Notes: a model not told the origin generated them from the sequence alone. A stretch of DNA of 64,000 nucleotides from Octopus sinensis (GCF_006345805.1 NC_043005.1:3720001-3784000), one strand, 5' to 3'; counted from the first letter of the stretch, positions 37,810-51,410 are shown. Numbers and translations: made by a program.

Positions 37810-37884
37810 CTTCAAAAGGATTGTGTCCACATGTCTTCTGAGATAATGGTTGTAACGTATCGACTCTGAAGCCCGTTTGATTTC
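37810..37884 (-). CDS. LMBRD2: LMBRD2 coding exon 5
   Basis: ttgcag|EIKRASESIRYNHYLRRHVDTILLK|gtaatt. 75 nt. Confidence 0.93.
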
Positions 37885-38597
37885 CTGCAAATTGAAACCA
37901 GAGAAATATTTACAACAAACACAACATTGTGATAACACAGTCACTTATATATACACACTTATATATATTTATGCATACTCACACATCTTGATGATGTCAA
38001 TTTATAAAGGATAGAGAATAGTTACTTCTACCCAGTTTTATATAATGTTGGGTAGCCTTGTATCTCCTCTATAGCAAGACACCGGGGCTTGTCCCTCAAT
38101 CACATTTCAGCCTCCAATCAACACCTGTCCCTCCTCCCCCACTTCTCAAATACTCCTCCTCCTTTTGTCTTCCTATTCAAGCAATTTACTTGGCAGCCTC
38201 ATTAGTGCCGGTGACATGAAAAAAGTACCCGGTACACCCCGGTAAAGTGGCTGGGGTTAGCAAGGGCATCCACGCCTGTAAAAACCAAGCTGGAGCTGGA
38301 CAACTCCCATCAACCATTCAAACCAAGCCAGCCGGGATGTTAAATGAGGAGGAGTTCATAGTGAATGGGGAGGGTGCAGCAGAAATACCTCCCGTATTTT
38401 ATGCAGCCATTGATGTGATACTAGTGAAGTTAGGAAGATGGTAACAACACCCTCGTGGGGCTGATGGTTTACCATTTTTCTAGTCTGGTTCTCATCAAGT
38501 TTTGGATTGATGCAAACAGTGTGCTTGTTGCATCGTGTGGCTCATGTTGGTTATCAAGGAGTGGGAGTGAGACAGGAGAACAAGGCAGGTGGGGATT

Positions 38598-38634
<37 letters not shown>

Positions 38635-38984
38635 GGAATGTGTGTGGGAGTGAATATAATGAACAGGTGTTGAGGAGGGATACCCAGGGAAGAGTAAGTG
38701 ACAACTGTAGAAAGTGGGTGGGGTTGAGTGGATGCAGGGGGGCAAGTTTGTTAAATCCAAAAGCATGAAAATGTTTTGCCTTTAACATCCACAATTACTA
38801 AAACCCTTTCATGTGAGCAGCAACTGAAGCAGAATTAGGGATCCAGCTGTTGTTTCTGGGTTTTATTCCTCTTTCATTTATGATGCTTATATCTACGTAA
38901 AAGGCATGAATACCACAGAATCTCACAAACTGATTCCTGTTAATTTGATATTTTCTGCCTATGTACAATATCCATAATGTCCAC

Positions 38985-39208
38985 ATAGGGCGGCGAGCTG
39001 GCAGAACCGTTAGCACGCCGGGCGAAATGCTTAACTGTATTTTGTCTGTTGTTACATTCTGAGTTCAAACTCCACCAAGGTCGACTTTGCTTTCATCCTT
39101 TCGGGGTTGATTAAATAAGTACCAGTTACATACTGGGGTCAGCGTCATTGACTTAAACCCTCTATTTGTCCCCTCTATGTTTAGCCCCCTGTAGGCAATA
39201 AAGAAATA
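38985..39208 (+). mobile_element. tRNA-derived SINE (family A, Deu/Nin-like core) with target-site duplication
   Basis: GGCGGCGAGCTGGCAGAA...GTCGACTTTGCTTTCATCCTTTCGGGGTTGATTAAATAAGTACCAG...AATAAAGAAAT. 18-bp TSD AATAT(C/T)CATAATGTCCAC at 38967-38984 and 39209-39226. Well over ten other copies, e.g. 1477, 4098, 4329, 5625, 7390, 8738, 25199, 26311, 40125, 45590, 56830. The superfamily name is from memory. Confidence 0.8.
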
Positions 39209-40348
39209 AATATTCATAATGTCCACTTCTATGGCTTAAAGTTTATCTGTTGTATTCACAAATTGTGAACAGTCGTTGGTTGCTGATTTCTATAAAGTAG
39301 AACCAAAATTCTGGTTTCGATTCATCGATCCAGATGCAGCTTTGGCTGAAGAGACAAAACCAGGTTGAAGCACCAGACCGCGTTTCAAACTCTCCTTACC
39401 TCAATGAACCGAGTGTGTTGTGGACACACGTTGTCTGGAAAGAGAGGCTGCTCTCCACAGACAAAACCCGACAATGATTGGCACATTTATGTTTGAATTT
39501 GTCAGAGCCTATTAAGAATGGATATGGGATTGATTTTCACTGTTCTCCATGCACATGACGATTCACTGAATTAATATATGCTATCCCATGGAAAATAATC
39601 ACTCATGCAATGCAGAAAGGTAGCATCATCGTCATCATTTAACGTCCACTTTTGTCATGCTTGCATGGGTCGGGTGGAATCTGTTGAGGCAGATTCTCTA
39701 AGGCCGGATGTCCTTCCTGTTGCCAACCTTCACTTGTTTCCAAGCAAAGTAATATTTCTACAGAACCAGGCAGATTTTTTTTTATGGAAAACAGGAAATG
39801 GACATCATGCTCATTTACATCATGACATCATGTGATGTCAACACAAGGGTCACACACACATGCACACAAGGGGTTTCAGTCCACCAAATCCATTTATAAG
39901 GCCTTGGTTGGTGGCCTGGGGCTATAGTGGAAGACACTTGACCAAAGCGCCACACAGTGGGAAGTAAGTTTCAGTTAATAAATAAAGAAACTAAAAGTTA
40001 ATAATTGACAAAACAAACAATTTTGCAAAAAACTGCTCAAAGCGGGCTCACACATAAAAAGGGATTATTCATTATATATTAAGAAATAACTTAAAATATT
40101 GTTTTCAAATTTTCACACAACACATCAACCCCAGAATTTAACTGGTACTGATTTCATCGACCCTGAAAGGATTAAAGGCAAAGTCGACCTCAGCGGAATT
40201 TGAACTCAGAATGTAAAGATGGACGAAACGCTGCCAGGCATTTTGCTTGGCAGACATCACAATACCACTTTTAAAATCTATAGAATTCAGGCCCAGGGAA
40301 GGTGTACGTCCTTTCTGAGACAAACCAGAAAGATTTTGGTTGACTTAC

Positions 40349-40559
40349 TTCCAAAACATCTTCAAGAGCTTCTTCGGCCTCAGACTTTTCTGTGCTCAAC
40401 TTTGCAATTTTGAATTGCGTGCGTGATAACATGTGTCCTCTTTTAGAACTGTTCCAAACAGTGCGTGGGACTTCTACCAGCCCATAGCCTAACAGCAACA
40501 CAAGAAGAAATAAACCCCAAGTGTTGCTGGCAGTTACACCAATGACTTTGATTTTGTCC
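40349..40559 (-). CDS. LMBRD2: LMBRD2 coding exon 4
   Basis: tttcag|[71 protein letters not shown]|gtaagt. 211 nt, includes the NTWGL...[10 protein letters not shown] family motif. Confidence 0.96.
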
Positions 40560-41549
40560 CTGAAATGTAAAAAAAATATAACAAAATGAAACAGAGTTTA
40601 TTAGAAAACAAAATTCAGAAAGAAAACCTCCTAAGTCTGTGTTTTAGTGTTTGTTTCCTAGTTTTTGTACCTTTATTTGCTTTATTCATCATTGTCTACC
40701 CTGACACCCCATCATCACTGTTTCTATCCCTGGCCTGCTCCACCCTGGCCACAGCTACCACCTCTTCTATAACAGAAGTAACCACGCACATCCTCTACTG
40801 CAAGAAACCTGTTCTGTTCTGGCTCCTTCCCTCATACCTGAACCCTTTGTCTCCCGGCACACAGCCACCTCCCTCTCTACTGTAGTCACATTCAGTCAAA
40901 GGGGTGCATAGTCATGCAAGCTACATGGCAACCTCACTAGTGCTGGTGCCATGAAGAAAAACACCACCCAGGACACACTATAAAATGGTTGCTGTTAGGA
41001 AGGGCACCTAGTTGTAGAAACCATGCCAGAATGGACAATTAAAGTAGAACCAACTAGAACATTAGACTACTGCCAAACCAAAGTAAGAGACCGGAACATT
41101 TGATATAATAATGACAGTGACCTACATCAGTCGTCAGGACAGTGTTTTGTTCAAACATTCCATTCGGCCTAAGATTCACCAACACTATTCTGACATGTCT
41201 AGGCACCTTTTCCTCTTTACAGTTTCTTTTACTGTTCACTTTTGGTTATCATTGCTGTCTTTTTGAAGAGACTTAGTACAGCAGAACACTGTATACAACA
41301 AGTGTATTATTATTACTACATCAATCCAACATCTTAGTTCGTTTGAGCATAATCTTCCAATTCTAAATACTTTCGGTCTTTCACCATTATGACATCAAAC
41401 ACTGGTACTTTCGTGTTAGAATTGTTAGAAATGCTTATAATTAACACTGAAATCCTCTTCTCATGGATAAAAGATACATTCTGTGTGTGTGTGTGTGTGT
41501 GTGTAACAACTTGCAAAGGAGATTGAGCATGTATAGAATATAGAAACTT

Positions 41550-41778
41550 TTAACTCTTTCGTTACCAACCCACCTGAAACCATCTCTGGCTCTGAGTACA
41601 AATGTCTTGTTTTCATAAGTTCTGAATTAAAATCCTCCACCAAACCTTAGTCACAATTTATGTTCCTAACACTAACTTAATGATAACGAAGTTATTTTAC
41701 TAAATTTTTTGTTATATTCAAAATTAATTGAAAGAAACACAGAGCATCTCAACAGAAATATGGTAACGAAAGGGTTAA
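41550..41778. mobile_element. TTAA-flanked (piggyBac-like) MITE, family 2
   Basis: TIRs TTAACTCTTTCGTTACCA and TGGTAACGAAAGGGTTAA. Well-preserved copies at 53020-53251 and 56603-56832. Older relatives at about 10320-10545, 32810-33050, 33143-33350 and 54600-54805. Confidence 0.75.
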
Positions 41779-42449
41779 ATGTGTGGGAGTTTACAGTGTG
41801 TATGTATGTATGCATGTATGTGTGTGTATATATATATATATATATATACATACACACACACACACATATATATATATATAAGACCAGTGGGGTGAAGTAG
41901 TAACGCACATACATATATGAAATATGTGTGTAAAGGGGCTTGAATGTGAATTCATTAGCCTCTTGCATTGAAAACGAATGAATGAACAGAAGTATCACAA
42001 GTTGGTGCAAAGGTGAAAATATCATAATTAAACAACTAATTTGATCAGATTAATCAATCTAATTAATGCAACAGAATACAAACAATAATAGAAAGCCATT
42101 CAGGTCTTTGAAACCAGCTGCCACCATATTTATTTATAACCTTCTAATGGTTTCGCCTTTGCTAAGAGGTGTCATTATTTCCAGCTAGAATTAATGGTAA
42201 CGAGCTCATCAACAAACACAATAAAACATTCGTTTCATCCCTTCTTTTTTTATTTTGCTTCTTTTTTTTTAATCTTTTTATCCTTCTCCCCAATATTTCT
42301 AATAATTGCTTTTGTCTTCAACAATAACATTTTAACAGACAAAATATTAAACAATGAATTTGGAATTTTTTGCAAATAATAGAACTGTGTGTATCATCAC
42401 TGTCCATTATCCTAAATGGTAACAGAGGATTTAGGAGTCAGCAAACACT

Positions 42450-42482
<33 letters not shown>

Positions 42483-44056
42483 TAATGTACCTAGGAAATG
42501 GAAGTATGAATAAATACTCATTAAATTACATAAGACAAAGGAAATAGCTTGATTGTGGTGTCTGACGAGACAAAGTAAAAAAAAAAAAGCCAACCTATTT
42601 AACAACAAAACTGTATCAAGACCTGAACTCCTCATTTCTAATGCAACCACAACTACAGACTTCAACTGCCAGATTAACATAGACACGGGCCAAAGGGTGA
42701 GCCCCTGAGCTTTTACAATGGGGGGGGGGGGGTGACACAAAATGCGAGTAATTAAGAACCTGTAGGTGCACGTTGGCAAAGAGAAAGTTAATAAGCCTTT
42801 AATTTCGACACAGGCCAAAGTGTGAGTCCTTATGTCAGGGATGGGGGAAATTTTCGAGTCCGGGACAAAATGTTAATGATTCAGAACAACTTTTGATTAA
42901 TCCATGGTAAGAGGACTTCAAAGATTACGTGAAAAAATATTGAAATGAAATACTGTAAATTGCAGCAAATTCTGGAAGTTTTAAAATAATGTATCATATA
43001 TGTCTAGGAGAGAGGCAGAGCCTTGACTGTGGAGTTAAGAAATCTACTTCTCAATTACATTATGGCACAGTGTCAGTTACAACAAGTATTGCTGCTGATC
43101 CAATCAAAGGAACAGCCTACTCATGAAATTAACATGCAAGTGGCTGAGCATTCCACAGACATGCATGCCCTTAATATAGTTCTCAGGGAGAATCAGAGTG
43201 GCACAATGTGAAAAAAAGTCGGCCCTTTGAATTGCAGATGCAACTCATTTTTGCCAGCTGAATGGACTGCAGCAATGTGAAGTAAAGTGTCTTGCTCAAG
43301 GACACAATGTGTTGCCAGGGATCAAACTCACGGTGGTAAACTGAATACCCTAACCACTAAGTCACATGCCTTGACATAGTTTTGGGTTCAGTCCCACTGT
43401 GTGGCACCTTGGGCAGGTGTCTTCTGCTACAGCCTCAGATTCACAAAAGCTTTGTGGGTGGATTTGGTAGATGCAAACTGCAGAAGCTTGTAGTGCATGT
43501 ACACACACACACACGTATGGAGAGAGAGAGAAGTTTGTGCTTGTGTCTTGTCACCTTACGTGGAAACAGGTAAGGGGGTGGCAAAAAGAAGGGCATCCAA
43601 CCAGAGAAAATCCACCCTCAACAAATTTCGCCAGATCCCTTCAAGCATGGGAAAGTGGACGTTAAAACAATAATGACGACGATGATGGTACATACAGTTC
43701 AACATTACTGTTACATTCATTAAGTGGTCCCAGGGAGTTGGGGCTGATGAACTAAGATTACCTCCAGAAGCAGGAAGCAAGAGAGCAAACATTCGAGATC
43801 GTGCAGACGTGGGGTGGTGCACACTTAATGCAACAGCAGTTTACTGAACTGTGACATCCTCATTGTTGTTTGCTCAGTTTGACTCATGCAGACTTAAGAC
43901 ACACACGTGTGTGTGTTTTAATACCTAGCGCTTTGAGAGGGTATTCCCCACCATACCAACAGGAGGAGCCTACCAGCAAATAAATGACTCATATATGTTA
44001 AGCATATGTAGTTGATGATGATTATTACACAAGTGCTGCTTCTGTTTCACATTCAA

Positions 44057-44090
<34 letters not shown>

Positions 44091-46904
44091 CATCATCATT
44101 TAACGTCTGCTTTCCATGCTGGCATGGGTTGGATGGGTTGACTGAGGACTGGCAAGCCAGGAGGCTGCACCAGGCTCCAGTCTGATCTGACAAGGTTCCT
44201 ACAGCTGGATGCCCTTCCTAATGCCAACCACTCTGAGAGTGTAGTGGGTTCATTTTATGTGCCACTGGCATGGAAGTCAGTTAGGCAGCATGGGAGCCAG
44301 TGGCGTTGGCATCAACTATGCTTTTTACGTGCCACCGGTACAGATATATATATATATATATATATATATAATGTATGAGATGTGTCATTTGCTTGTATAA
44401 AATAATAAAATTGAATTGAATTTACCATTTAATGATTAAATTATTGAACTGTTCAATTTATTGTTTTGGTTTCCATTTCTAATTTTTATATATATATATA
44501 TACACTCTGAGAAGATTACATCATAATATATAATCTACCATCATCATGTAAAATTTTATAAAGGTTATGTTTTAAACAGGTGAGATCTTTTACATTGACT
44601 CAGAGAAACCCAAGATTTGATCCTTGCATATCCAGAGCAGCCTACCAACACTTGAGGTCTTCAAAGTTGTTTACCACACTGAGGTCTATGTCATTGTACC
44701 TAGCCATTTATGGCAGCCTACATGCTGATGTGCCTTCATTCTAATGAATCCTTAATAACTCTAAGTATGTGTGTGTGTGTGGCTGATTTAGACTTGTAGG
44801 CCAGCCACACAAGCCCAACACTACAAATATGCCATGTCTCTCTCTCTCTCTCTCTGGCAGAGGGCGTCACACTGAACATTTTGATTTAAAGGCGGCTGCT
44901 ATTGTTTAGACCCAGACTAACTGAGCAGACTTTTCAACAAAAGCATTCCAACTATGACCATCTCATCTATTTAGGGCTACATTATCTGATGTATCATTCC
45001 CTTTTTAGAAATGGCAGAGAATGATGTGGGGAAGATTTGGCTGTCATTTCCAGTAGGGAAAGTGACCACATAGAGCAGTGTTTCCCACCCATTTCTTATT
45101 TGCAAATCCCTGTGATTCCTATTTTATTCAAGTGGACCCTCATAGATTCAATGTTAAAAAAATTCCATTATATTTTTACAATTAAATATTATTAGGAATT
45201 GTCTAAAAGAAATCAAAATATTTTATGTTTTATAAAAATATAATCAGTTTATTGCAGATAAATTTTAGCAACAAAATCTTAAAGGGACCCCCAAAGGTCA
45301 TAAGGACCCTGGCTCAGAACTATTGACACAAAGGCTCTCTCTACATGTGGATTGTTATTAGGTGAGCTGCACTGCTAGAAAAAAATCTCAAGGCTATTTT
45401 TCATTAAGGATCCCATTTAGACAGTCGTGTAGGCCAGAGTTTGCTCATGGCTGCCCTACAGTAACACATCACCAATGGTCAAGTGTGTGTGTTGACTTTA
45501 TAAGAACTCATAAACTTTTGAGGGAACATGAAATAATTCTTTTTTGGAACAGTGGATCTCGAAGCATATAAACGCTGTAGATAATAGCATGTAAATATTC
45601 TTTTCTACTCTAGGCACAAGGCCCGAAATTTGGGGGAGGAGGCCAGTCGATTAGATCAACCCCAGTATGCAACTGGTACTTAATTTATCAACCCTGAAAG
45701 GATGAAAGACAAAGTTGACCTCAGTGGAATTTGAACTCATAAAGACAGACAAAATACCACTATGCATTTCACCCGGCATGCTAACATTTCTTCCAGCCTG
45801 TAAATATTGGCTTGAAAATTCCTTTTGAGCAGAAAAAAATCAAAGGCTGCCCCTGTGTGTGTGTGTGTGTGTGTGTGTACACATATTTCCATATATGTGA
45901 CAATCTTGGTACTATGAAAGTTCCAGAGTGATCTCATAGGCTGTAGCTTGTTATGAGCAAAAGTGCAGGACAACAGTTTGACGTGTTTGGGTCTGTTGTC
46001 CCATCTGGGAACAGAACAACAGCTGTTTCTGTTTCTCTTTCAGCACTTGTTTACGAAGGTCTGCAGCTCTGCACATTGTTTGGCACTAATCAGCAAACTG
46101 ACACTGCTGCCAAATGGGAGGAATAATGTTCTTAGACATGCTGTTGTACTCTTGCATCTGGGGAGAGGGTTTCTATATATACATAACAGGGTATTGAGGG
46201 TGATTTAACACATAACCAAGGGACTGGTTTCTTTCAGCAAATAACCATGACCCTCACATATTCCAGGTTGTCTCAATTTTGTTCCATTGTCTAAACTGGT
46301 CTGCAAGTGCAATCTGTGTGCAGCTGGTAATTGTATTTGCGATGTGTGTGCAGCTTGCAATTATGCAGACTGCATGGCTTTGAGTTCTATGCAATGGAAT
46401 GCAGAGGTGGGGACAAGTGCAATGCATGGCAGATTTGATGTATTGTTTCAAGACAATGTTGTTCCTCTGGTTGTTAATTATGGAATCCAAATTTTTTCCT
46501 TGACTCTCAGACTCTGAACAAACTCGGCAATTTTGTTAAATTAATAAATTTCATTGTCATTTAAATAAATTGTGAAATTAATGGCTTTAATTGTGAATTT
46601 TATTATGTTATCTGTCGCAGCAATTTTGAATAATGGTAATGGAAAGGAGGAGGTACCGGAGAGGGATTCATGGAACCAAGTATGGTGCATGCATGTATGT
46701 ATAAATAGGGAAAAGTTGAGGGAAATTTGATATATTTTCCACTCCATTTAAAAGAGAATCCTTAAGTCTGGTGGAATATTTTTGGTAAGGTTATCTTATA
46801 CGATAGAATATTTACTACATTATTCTATATCACACCTGAACATTAACATAACATTTTTAACACAATATTAAAATAAACCTTGGTAATGAATGCTGTGATA
46901 CAAA

Positions 46905-46908
<4 letters not shown>

Positions 46909-46962
<54 letters not shown>

Positions 46963-46977
46963 ACACACACACACACA
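46909..46977. repeat. (CA)n microsatellite
   Basis: Direct reading. One of many CA, TA and GA tracts in the window. Confidence 0.95.
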
Positions 46978-47253
46978 GAGTAAACAGAAAACAAGCAAGG
47001 AAATTTTATACATTTAATAAGTTATTTAAAGATTTAAATATCAGAAATGGGCAAAGAATTTGATAGAATTTCAGAGAAAATCTAGTTCACTCCAGTTGAA
47101 ACCTGTATGTTTAGTTTTTGGCACAGTACTGATGTGTTAAAGCATTTGTTTCATAAGAATACATAAATGAAATCCATTATAAAGTCTCTCAAACTGTACA
47201 ACATCAAAAACTATTTTTATCTACAGAGTTTTTATCTGTGATGTTGGCGATGG

Positions 47254-47862
47254 TGATAGGGAAGGTGGTTGTGGCGATGGGGAAGATGGTTGTGGCGATG
47301 GGGAAGATGGTTGTGGCGATGGGGAAGGTGGTTGTGGCGATGGGGAAGATGGTTGTGGCGATGGGGAAGATGGTTGTGGCGATGGGGAAGATGGTTGTGG
47401 CGATGGGGAAGATGGTTGTGGCGATGGGGAAGGTGGTTGTGGCGATGGGGAAGATGGTTGTGGCGATGGGGAAGATGGTTGTGGCGATGGGGAAGATGGT
47501 TGTGGCGATGGGGAAGGTGGTTGTGGCGATGGGGAAGATGGTTGTGGCGATGGGGAAGGTGGTTGTGGCGATGGGGAAGATGGTTGTGGCGATGGGGAAG
47601 ATGGTTGTGGTGATAGGGAAGGTGGTTGTGGCGATGGGGAAGATGGTTGTGGCGATGGGGAAGATGGTTGTGGCGATGGGGAAGGTGGTTGTGGCGATGG
47701 GGAAGATGGTTGTGGCGATGGGGAAGATGGTTGTGGCGATGGGGAAGGTGGTTGTGGCGATGGGGAAGATGGTTGTGGCGATGGGGAAGATGGTTGTGGC
47801 GATGGGGAAGGTGGTTGTGGCGATGGGGAAGATGGTTGTGGCGATGGGGAAGGTGGTTGTGG
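47254..47862. repeat. 21-bp minisatellite, 29 units (GG/GA-TGGTTGTGGCGATGGGGAA)
   Basis: Direct reading. Two main unit variants plus a rare variant (GGTGATAGGGAA) that occurs twice. Confidence 0.97.
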
Positions 47863-49925
47863 CGTTGGGGATGGATCACTGATGTTCAATTGTCCAATCA
47901 AATGAATTACCTGCTCTTGAATTAATGTGTAAGTGGCTGAGTATTCCACAGACACACACAACCTTAATGCAATTCTCAGATAGCACAGCACAGTGCCTGT
48001 ATGTAACAAGGCTGTACTGATGGTATAATCCATCTGATGGACTTCTATATACTTTCTGTCAACCCACTTTCATTTACGGGGGATTGGTTGACCCAAGGTG
48101 ATAGAGAATGACATTTACCCAAGATGCCATGCATTGAACCTGGGACCTACTGGTTGCAGAGTGAACTTCTTAACCATTTGGCCATACTGAACTTATGGCA
48201 GAATATCTATGGAGGTGAAATATGATTATGTATCACTCTTGGTTAAGTTTCTCATTAGCTGTGGTAGACAAACATGGCAAACCAAAAGGGTCAAACAGTC
48301 ATCACAAGCTGGAAACACAAACAGCCCGTCCAGTAGGGGCTTCAGTCCAATATAACTATGATTACGCAAACCATTGTAGGGACCTCTTTGTGGTTTCTCA
48401 AATGTTGGAAATAGAAACCAAATCTCCCTCAAACTATACCCTACCATTCTGGAAAAGAAGGGACATACTGAATAATGAATAATATAACCCTAGATATGTA
48501 ATGCCTAAGAGCAGGACCAAATGGTCATGTCTGGAATGGTTTTTATCATAGTTCTTCTCAGTTAAGGCTGACCTGGTATCAACAGGTATTAGCATTAATG
48601 AAGTGGATTTGAATACCTTTAAAACTGACACACACCTTTCTTATGTGGTGTAGTGGATAAGGTCAATGTTAATTGCACTGAGCTGAACTAAATGCACTTG
48701 AGTTCAATCTAAGTTCAAAGAATTACATTAAATATGGTATTTGGGTGCAGAAATGGCAGGGTGGTTAAGAAGTTTACTTCTCGATCATATGGTTCCGAGA
48801 TCAATCCTACTGTGTGACATGTTGAGCAAGTATCTTCTATAGACTTTGACTGATCAAAGCCTTGTGAGTGGATTTGGTAGACAGACACTGAAAGTGGTCT
48901 GCTGTATGTTCAAACATGTGTGTGTGTCTGTTATCTTGACATTGCTTGACAGTTGTAAATAAGTGTGACTGTTATATAAGCAGAGTCCTTCATTTCCAGT
49001 CTTCCATTGAAACATGGGGAATATTACCTGGTTTGGAAACAGGTGAGGGTTGGTGACACAAAGAGCATTCTGCCTCAACAAATTCCATCTGACCCATGCA
49101 AAAGCATTTAAAGAATGGACGATAAAATGAAGAAGACAAGTTGAAGACCAACAACAGGTGTTGGGTAGGTGGAAAGAGGGCTTGTCTTCTATTACTACTG
49201 TGTCGGTGACAAAGATACACTGAGGGATACCACTTATCTGCAACGTGGTAGTATAAGTCACCAATTGTGAACAGTGATAGTAATGTGGAATTTGTAAGTA
49301 ATCTGCTGCACTGAGTTTAAGCTATGATAAAGGGAAAATCCTCTATGAAAGACTGGCACCCTTTCCAAGGGGAAATCAAAATGTGTCTCACCTGCTTCAT
49401 GCCTTAAAAACTAGAGACATGTTATGAATCAGCAGGCCATAAAAGGAATAAACAGAAGAAACGTGGGTTCCAGAAGCCCCATGGAGGCAATTTACTTTGC
49501 ACAGAAGTAGCTCTGAATAAAAACTAAAACAGTTTAGAGGTAGCAGTTAGTCTTGTTGCATAATCACTCTTCTCTAATGTCAGAAGTGGGTTAAAAATGT
49601 CCATAGCCAATGCTGTAAAGTGGTTGGTATTAGAAAAGGCATCCAGCCACAAATCCCATCCTGACCACCACAAAAATAAAGTGTTTTTCTGTTGGTATGT
49701 ACTTCACACGATAAAGAGTGAGGCAGAGTGAGGCACATCCAATTCATGCTAGATTTTTTAAAGAAAACTGCGACTTACTACCAATGGAACATAAACACAC
49801 ACAAAAGACAACTCAGTCTTCCACAACACAAGAATAATGGCAATCCAGGTTAGAAACTTTAGAAATGTAGAATCACAAAGAAGTTAAAATGCTGGGAAGA
49901 CGAGATAATGAAAATAGGTACTCAC

Positions 49926-50093
49926 CCATCGATGTGTAGGTTGGGGCGTGCAGCAACATAGATGAGGCAAACTCCAAATATGAGCAAGTAGGTGCCGTAG
50001 TAGATGGCGTTCTCTATCAAAGCCGACTTACATTTCCCTGCCACACTGAAGTCACCAGCATTGGAATAAGATTGCATCAACGGCAGGATCAAC
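49926..50093 (-). CDS. LMBRD2: LMBRD2 coding exon 3
   Basis: ttccag|[58 protein letters not shown]|gtgagt. 168 nt. Confidence 0.96.
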
Positions 50094-51047
50094 CTGGAAT
50101 TTACACCACAGATCTCAACGTCTTCAAAGCAAGGTATTTTACAGGCAAACAGGTGTGAATAGCCTAAAGCAGAGCTTCTCAAACATTTTCAACTATCATT
50201 TCCTTTCTATTAGTAATATTTCTTCAGTACGCCCCCTCTTGCTAGGATTCAACAGAATTAAATGTACACACACACACACGCAAATCAGAGTGTTACCTTA
50301 CCTAACCCTGTAGGTGTGGTGACTGCCTTTATTGCATGTAAGGAAATGCCAACAAAATCCTGACCATGTCTTCTATATTATAGTTTATTGTTTATATTTT
50401 GCATATATAAGTGGTATATATTCAGTTTTTGTTTATTTACTTAATCACATTTTTTTTATTTGTTGTTATTAAAATGATTTTGGCCAAATAATAGTTTTTA
50501 ATAATTTTACATTAAAATAAGAGACAAAGAAAACAAAACCTGTACAGATGTGCCTATCACTCCTCCCCCATGCCCACCAACCACCCTTTTATAACACACT
50601 AACATTACAAACTTATCCCTGTTCCCCCCTCCTTGAAACCACCAAGCATTTAAGGATACACCTCCCTCCTATGCTTTGTTGAAATCAAAATTTAGAAGAA
50701 AAAGCTTAAAGTTGCAACACAATATCTGCAGGGGAAATATATGGAGGACAAGTGGTGCTACAATCAATGTTTACTCTCCATTTACAGAATTAGAAAAAAT
50801 TCCTGACTCAATATTAACCGAATATTAATATTTCCATTGTTTTTAGTTGTTAAGTAAAGATCAACAAATAAAAACAAAGCAATTTCTTCTCCAATCAATG
50901 TGATCAATATCTGAATGCATTTTACATTACAAACATCTCAAAGAATTGTGTTGCTGTGCACGGATTGCGTGAGGGAATTCTATTCCTTTACAAATGGCAC
51001 CAATACATTAATGGTTTTTACTCAACTAATTATTCTAATCACCAATG

Positions 51048-51410
51048 TGTGGGTTGTTGCCAGTGCCGCTTGACTGGCTCCCCATGCTGATGGCACGTAA
51101 AAAGTACCATCCAAACATGGTCAATGCCAGCCTCCCCACCCCGACTGGCCCCTGTGCCAGTGGCATGTAAAAAGCACCATCCGAACATGGATGGTGCCAA
51201 TACCCACTGACTGGCTCCTGTGCCGGTGGCACATAAAAAGCACCCACTACACTCTCGGAGTGGTTGGCATTAGGAAGAGCATCCAGCCATAGAAACATTG
51301 CCAGATCAGATTGGGGCCTGATGAGGCCTCCTAGCTTGCCAGTCCCCAGTCAAACCGTCCAACCCATGCCGGCATGGAAAGCAGACGCTAAACGATGATG
51401 ATGATGATGA
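51048..51410 (+). mobile_element. SINE-like repeat (family C) with (GAT)n tail and internal tandem units
   Basis: Three roughly 60-bp GACTGGC...GTGCCGGTGGCAC-RTAAAAAGCACC units, then GGTTGGCATTAGGAAGAGCATCCAGC...AACGATGATGATG. Other copies at about 19985-20250, 34700-35180, 44092-44340 and 58700-58997. Confidence 0.65.

Noticed and set aside
45953-46260. Faint C1q-like motifs (TLASGERVSIY, GTGFF)
   Set aside because: Three in-frame stops and only short motif resemblance, so it cannot be supported without a profile search.
46395-46477. Selenoprotein or conotoxin-like reading ECRGGDKCNAWQI-U-CIVSRQCCSSGC
   Set aside because: No signal peptide, no supported exon structure and no SECIS seen. 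The TGA at 46436-38 is more simply a stop or non-coding.
47254-47862. CRISPR-like array
   Set aside because: The repeats are contiguous with no unique spacers, the context is eukaryotic, and there are no cas genes.
47221-48033. 270-aa Pro/Ser-rich ORF and the overlapping His-, Val/Met- and Trp-rich ORFs as real genes
   Set aside because: The frames stay open only because the 21-bp unit has no stops. The N-terminal part is SINE sequence, and I found no convincing splice sites.
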